NCBI GenBank assembly: GCA_963674945.2
Contig: CAXXWQ010000004.1
Span: 2,368,001-2,432,000 of the forward strand
Source: an uncultured Desulfosarcina sp.
GTDB lineage: Bacteria > Desulfobacterota > Desulfobacteria > Desulfobacterales > Desulfosarcinaceae
Reading direction: 5' to 3'
DNA length: 64,000 bases
The position numbers and the translations under genes were made by a program. Position 1 is the stretch's first letter. Every line of letters begins with the position of its first letter. Below, piece by piece: positions 60,701 to 64,000 of the stretch. Below the pieces are notes generated by a model. It searched no databases. It saw only the letters and a program-made list of their open reading frames with translations, and had not been told where the DNA came from.

Positions 60701-61131
60701 CCATGTGCTTCGTATCTATATCCGATGCAAATGGATGTGTCGATGGGGTAATTTTCCCGAAGCCATACCATCTCGCGAAATTCAAGCTGAATGAGAAAGG
60801 AATCTTATTCTTTTACGGAGAATGCGAGCACCGCGACAAAAAACGTCAACTGGTGATCAGAAGACTAGAGACTGCTGAGGAGGCGGAGGCTTGCAGCGCA
60901 GTGGGGCTACATTTAATCTTGGATACACACCGGTTTACAGCCACAGCTGCAGATCGTTTAATCGACCACCTCTCCAAGCATAGTGGTACGAAACGGGTCT
61001 TCTTACATGACATGCAAGGCGGCCATGTCGTGCAGATCAAGGAGGATTTGAGAGTTAAAGTGAATAACACGCTCAAATCCTGGTTGGTCGAGCTTCCGGG
61101 TGTTGTTGGTGTTGAAGTTACTTTGGGCTGA
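57745..61131 (+). CDS. dnaE: DNA polymerase III alpha subunit (island-borne copy)
   Basis: HLHVHTEYSLLDG, TDHG, GPGRGSSAGS, FERFLNPSRISMPDIDVDF, HAAGVVI, KFDFLGL, GYGFNKSHSAAY, C-terminal OB fold. Confidence 0.97.
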   Translation: MQQVNFNHLHVHTEYSLLDGAIRVNDLISKTRELGMTAVAITDHGTMFGVMDFYRQADHAGIKPIIGCEFYVAPRTMADKTPEDRMGTNHLVLLAENQAGYRNLCKLATIAQQEGHYYKPRIDRNVLVECAEGIIALSACLKGDIPQHILAGQIDKAEESAQYYRRTFGEDSFFLELQHNGIPAQEAVNRGLAELYQRLSIPLVATNDCHYLTRQDAKAHEVFLCIQTKKTINDSNRLSFNTDQLYIKSPAEMEECLGSYPGAIENSAVIAERCNVEFDLKSYHFPKYSIQSQKAEEQLFDDEVHQGFERRMAVIRETCPELDEKIYRDRLEYEIKTIKEIGFPGYFLIVADFIRHAKENGIPVGPGRGSSAGSLVAFALFITDIDPIEHGLIFERFLNPSRISMPDIDVDFCINGRERVYDYVVERYGGRDFVAQIVTFGKMKAKQVIRDVGRALDIPLSEVNSIAKLIPDDTKMTIDKALSMEPRLVKLAATDPRIAELFEISRGLEGLSRHSSTHAAGVVIGDKPLIDYMPLYKGKENSVVTQFDMHNVEKLGLVKFDFLGLRNLTVIAQTLKLIKEQEKDVPDLGNLPKNDPDTFDLLQSGETTGVFQLESPGMKDLLARLYPENFSDLTALVALYRPGPLNSGMVDDFVECKHGRRNIEYLFPELEPILKETYGVIVYQEQVMQIACKLAGYSMADADSLRKAIGKKIDSLMAEHRESFISGCIANHLDEEKVTHLFDLIEKFGGYGFNKSHSAAYALLSYQTAYLKAHYPVEFMAAWLSIAKGDSDETAKFIDQCKERDIAVLPPDINVSDKAFSIEQGAIRYGLQAIKNLGSKAIDTILEARGYSPFTGLMDFQTRVPKRKANKRVVETLIKAGAFESTGWSKDQLLVQLDPKLKPVSLETKYQTPSASRLLDLGHLNYEQEALGLYLTGHPVQLHQDLISGLECVDSKRFPELANKQAVCVAGTIDQITRTTTKHGKAMCFVSISDANGCVDGVIFPKPYHLAKFKLNEKGILFFYGECEHRDKKRQLVIRRLETAEEAEACSAVGLHLILDTHRFTATAADRLIDHLSKHSGTKRVFLHDMQGGHVVQIKEDLRVKVNNTLKSWLVELPGVVGVEVTLG

Positions 61132-61170
61132 TCGTGTAACTGTGATTTGGAAGGAAATCGGAGGAATAAT

Positions 61171-61905
61171 ATGTATCTTAAGGATTTGCGGTCGATTTTC
61201 AGAGGTAAGAAGTATTCACGCGAGGTGAAAACCAGCTGTGAGGATTTAACTGACAGTGTGGCGCACGCTCGAATGCAACACCAGGAACTTCAAGCCTCAT
61301 ACAATATGATGGCTCAGATGGTGCACGCTGTCGGAGGCTTTCTATGGAAAAAAGACTGCCATGGGCGCTATCAATTTGCCAACAGGAGTTATTTTAGACG
61401 TGTATTGAAACCTGATATCGTTGACAAGCTTCGTTCTTCCAATACTAATATCACAGAGAGTGTGTCAGGAAAAAACGATGAGGAGTTGTTCGGTTCCTAT
61501 GCGGAGCGGTCAGGCAACCCCCACTCCTTTGCCCCGACGATGAAAGCCGCCGACGCTTACGTCATTGAGACTGGTCAGAGCTGCAGGTTTCTCGAATTAG
61601 GTCGGATCGGCAATAATCCAATGATGCTCAAATCTACTCGGACACCAACTTTTAACCCAAGTGGTAACCTCGGAGGCATTGTGGGCTTTGCCATGGATGA
61701 GGGTGAATGGTGGGCCTATTTCCGCCAAGGACTCGATTGGTATCTTGCGGATTCGAATACCAGGCAGATAGGACCCGGCCTATACTTGTTGCGTCAGGAG
61801 CCAGAATCTCCGAGTGAAGTATCGGAGACGCTTAAAGGTGTATTTAGGGCGGACCAGAGATGTGTATTGCCTCCTGACGCGAGCACTTGGCATGCTACAC
61901 AATGA
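61171..61905 (+). CDS. PAS-domain protein without an evident output domain
   Basis: RBS GGAGG; FLWKKDCHGRYQFAN, GKNDEELF, STRTPTFNPSGNLGGIVGFAMD. Confidence 0.7.
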   Translation: MYLKDLRSIFRGKKYSREVKTSCEDLTDSVAHARMQHQELQASYNMMAQMVHAVGGFLWKKDCHGRYQFANRSYFRRVLKPDIVDKLRSSNTNITESVSGKNDEELFGSYAERSGNPHSFAPTMKAADAYVIETGQSCRFLELGRIGNNPMMLKSTRTPTFNPSGNLGGIVGFAMDEGEWWAYFRQGLDWYLADSNTRQIGPGLYLLRQEPESPSEVSETLKGVFRADQRCVLPPDASTWHATQ

Positions 61906-62470
61906 TACGTGAAGCGAAGAAACTACATTGGGATCTCAATCTACGCACCCACATGATGGAGGCCGTCTATACCCTGGGAATGCGCAGTGTTACCGGGCTT
62001 GAATCCACGCCCCAACATGGGAAACGACCATATACGCCCCCTATAACGACAATGAAAAGTCCCTTGTTGTCATTCGGCCGGCGAGGAATTTTTCATTACT
62101 GAGCAAAGGCTTGGATTGACATGAAGAACAAATTCGAATGCCTCGGACATCCGATGATGGTTTCAAATTCAATAGCTTTGTTTACCTGGGTACTGAGATT
62201 GAGGCTGTTGCTATACTAGGCCTGTTCCGACTTGGCGGATATGGATCAGCGGGAGTCTGTCTTGTGGTATACACCGTTATATTAATAGTTCTGGAACGAT
62301 CCTGAATCCACAGTTCTTCGCAATTAACAAGATTATTTCACCAATTCATTCTCAATATAATCTGTACTTGGACTAAAACTGATATAGGGTATTGATATCA
62401 GTAAGTGTGTATAAGATCCTGACGCTTGGGATAGATCGACAAACATGCAATAATCAGCGAAAAAGGGCTG

Positions 62471-62486
62471 GCACAATATATTGTGT
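62471..62486. promoter_or_regulatory. Single NrdR-box-like palindrome
   Basis: GCACAATATATTGTGT (perfect 14-bp palindromic core) in an intergenic region. Confidence 0.4.
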
Positions 62487-62671
62487 ATGACCGTCGTTTT
62501 CTATCGGTTTAACCGATTCCAGCGATAAAATGGAAATCTCAAGTTTTATTAACCCTTATTTTAAGGAAACAATCTGCCCCGTACATCTGTCATCTTAAAG
62601 TATGTTTAATGCTGTGCGAGCTACTTTTTCTATAGTATTAGTGCCCGAAGGCTATCTTGCCATAATTTCTG

Positions 62672-63517
62672 CTATGCATATTTCATTGCATACCCAGGAA
62701 TCGTCCCGGGCCGGGCCGTTTCAATGGCCTTAGCTGTCCCTTTGGCACTGGCCTCAATGGCTTTTTCTATCGGCATGCTGTTAAGGGCGTTGACGATTGC
62801 GTTGTTTGTTTCTCCAGGGACAAGTAGTGGCTGCTTGCCAAGCGCCTCCAACGCCAGCCGTGTCACCTCTTCCGGACTCATCAAGTTATCGAGGAACTGC
62901 TCACGCTTTAATCCGGCCGTAGTGATCGCATCTGTATCCGTGGCGCCAGGAGCCAATACCAGCAGGTCGACGCCGGTGCCTTCCAGTTCGCCATAGAGAG
63001 CAAAGCCGAGATGGTGCACGAAGGCCTTGCTCGCTCCGTAGACGGCAGACCACGGAGCTGGTATCTCACCTTCCATGGATCCCACAAGAATGATTCCGCC
63101 ATGGCCACGCTTCTTTAGACGTGGTAGCAGTTTGTACATCAGCAACAATGGCACTCGGGTAACGACGTAGAAGGCAGCCATCACCCGATCGAGGGGGAAT
63201 GACTCGAATTCGCCCTTGAGGCCCCATCCAGCGTTGCTGATGACAAGACCCAAATCCTTATCGCCAATGGCGGAGATGGTCCGATCAACCGCATCTTCCT
63301 GAGCCAGATCGACCTGTACGAGTTCGATCTCGATCTTGTGCTGGATAACCAACTCGTCGCGTAGTTTCTCCATCGGCGCCAAATTGATATCCACCATGAT
63401 TAAGTTGAATCCGTCGGCGGCAAGATGGTGGGCGTAGCATACCCCCTGGCCGCCAGCAGCTCCCGTGACCAATGCCCATGGGCCATACGTAGCAATGTCA
63501 ATCGCCATGGCTTTCAT
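62672..63517 (-). CDS. Short-chain dehydrogenase/reductase (SDR)
   Basis: ALVTGAAGGQG, ISNAG, catalytic YGASK, PGATDT. Confidence 0.92.
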   Translation of the reverse strand: MKAMAIDIATYGPWALVTGAAGGQGVCYAHHLAADGFNLIMVDINLAPMEKLRDELVIQHKIEIELVQVDLAQEDAVDRTISAIGDKDLGLVISNAGWGLKGEFESFPLDRVMAAFYVVTRVPLLLMYKLLPRLKKRGHGGIILVGSMEGEIPAPWSAVYGASKAFVHHLGFALYGELEGTGVDLLVLAPGATDTDAITTAGLKREQFLDNLMSPEEVTRLALEALGKQPLLVPGETNNAIVNALNSMPIEKAIEASAKGTAKAIETARPGTIPGYAMKYA

Positions 63518-63562
63518 ACCTCCGTGTTGATTGTATCCTCTGTGATCTTACCTGGCAAAGTC

Positions 63563-64000
63563 TTACCCGTCGAGTTCGGCAAGCATGCGTCGAGTGGTTT
63601 CAACTGCGGGAACCATATGATCATAAGGCGATATTCCGGCTTCGGCCTTGGACACGCTAGGTATCTCCAGACCGATGACAATATCGCGTGGTAGCGCAGA
63701 AAGAATTTCACTCAAGGGAAACTCTCCCAAGCCAGGCAGCAACCGCTCTGAACTTGCCTCTAATAAATAGTTCTCCATAGCAGGGACAATTGTCGCATCG
63801 CAGAAGTGCGCATACCCGATCATCTTGGGATCGAGGGCTGCCAAATCGGCCGCTCCACTTCCACTACGAACCAGATGCATCATGTCGATTAACAGACGGC
63901 AACTGGGTCGCCCTACATATTGTACTGCAGCGACAGCACTGGCAAGGTCGGGAAGCGCCGTCACCGGTGCGAATTCGACAACCACTTCGAGGCCAATAGC
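63563..64000 (-). CDS. Sugar phosphate isomerase/epimerase (xylose-isomerase-like TIM barrel), 5' truncated by window edge
   Basis: VEF, IDMMH, HFCDA, RLLPGLGEFPL, GLEIP metal-binding pattern. Confidence 0.8.
   Translation of the reverse strand, partial: AIGLEVVVEFAPVTALPDLASAVAAVQYVGRPSCRLLIDMMHLVRSGSGAADLAALDPKMIGYAHFCDATIVPAMENYLLEASSERLLPGLGEFPLSEILSALPRDIVIGLEIPSVSKAEAGISPYDHMVPAVETTRRMLAELDG

Larger units (their letters stand above)
7022..62100. mobile_element. Genomic island (or tandem islands) integrated at the tmRNA 3' end; right boundary not located
   Basis: Integrase lies immediately downstream of ssrA; GC drops abruptly; cargo comprises defence genes, satellite genes and eight IS copies. 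No repeat of the ssrA 3' end was seen, so the end coordinate is approximate. Confidence 0.8.

Noticed and set aside
57745..61131. Error-prone DnaE2/ImuC cassette
   Set aside because: No imuA/imuB neighbours; the PHP and C-terminal regions look DnaE1-like.
1..64000. CRISPR array, rRNA, tRNA, retron/RT, or a complete prophage
   Set aside because: No regularly spaced repeats, cas, reverse transcriptase, capsid, portal or tail genes were recognised; the only tRNA-like structure is tmRNA.

Overview
The window starts with a GC-rich chromosomal backbone: 3' part of ppdK, a 1351-aa membrane protein, ald and tmRNA. The tmRNA tag ADDYNYAVAA and gene style suggest Desulfobacterota, but this is inference. 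A tyrosine-integrase genomic island begins right after tmRNA and runs to at least ~62 kb; I found no attR. The island has four parts. (i) An integrase-proximal module: HerA/coupling-type ATPase fused to a wHTH/PD-(D/E)XK-like tail, a Zn-finger protein and a hyper-acidic protein, divergent from an ECF-like sigma, a zf-HC2 anti-sigma and a HEXXH protein, followed by two secreted proteins. (ii) A nine-gene phosphorothioation-like defence operon that mixes Ssp-type genes (DUF4007, ATPase, PAPS reductase) and Dnd-type genes (CxC ABC-ATPase, DndE-like) with an HKD-SF2 helicase, a DUF262 protein and a Ser/Thr kinase; NrdR-like boxes precede it. (iii) A TerB plus HNH-membrane gene pair. (iv) A satellite/PICI-like core (Toprim primase-helicase, iteron origin, terS-like HGGxSTG gene, rha) divergent from a full-length extra dnaE. 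Eight IS copies of five kinds (~19 kb) interrupt cargo. Removing them by hand at their target duplications restores in-frame genes. All family calls come from motif recognition by eye, not from database searches.
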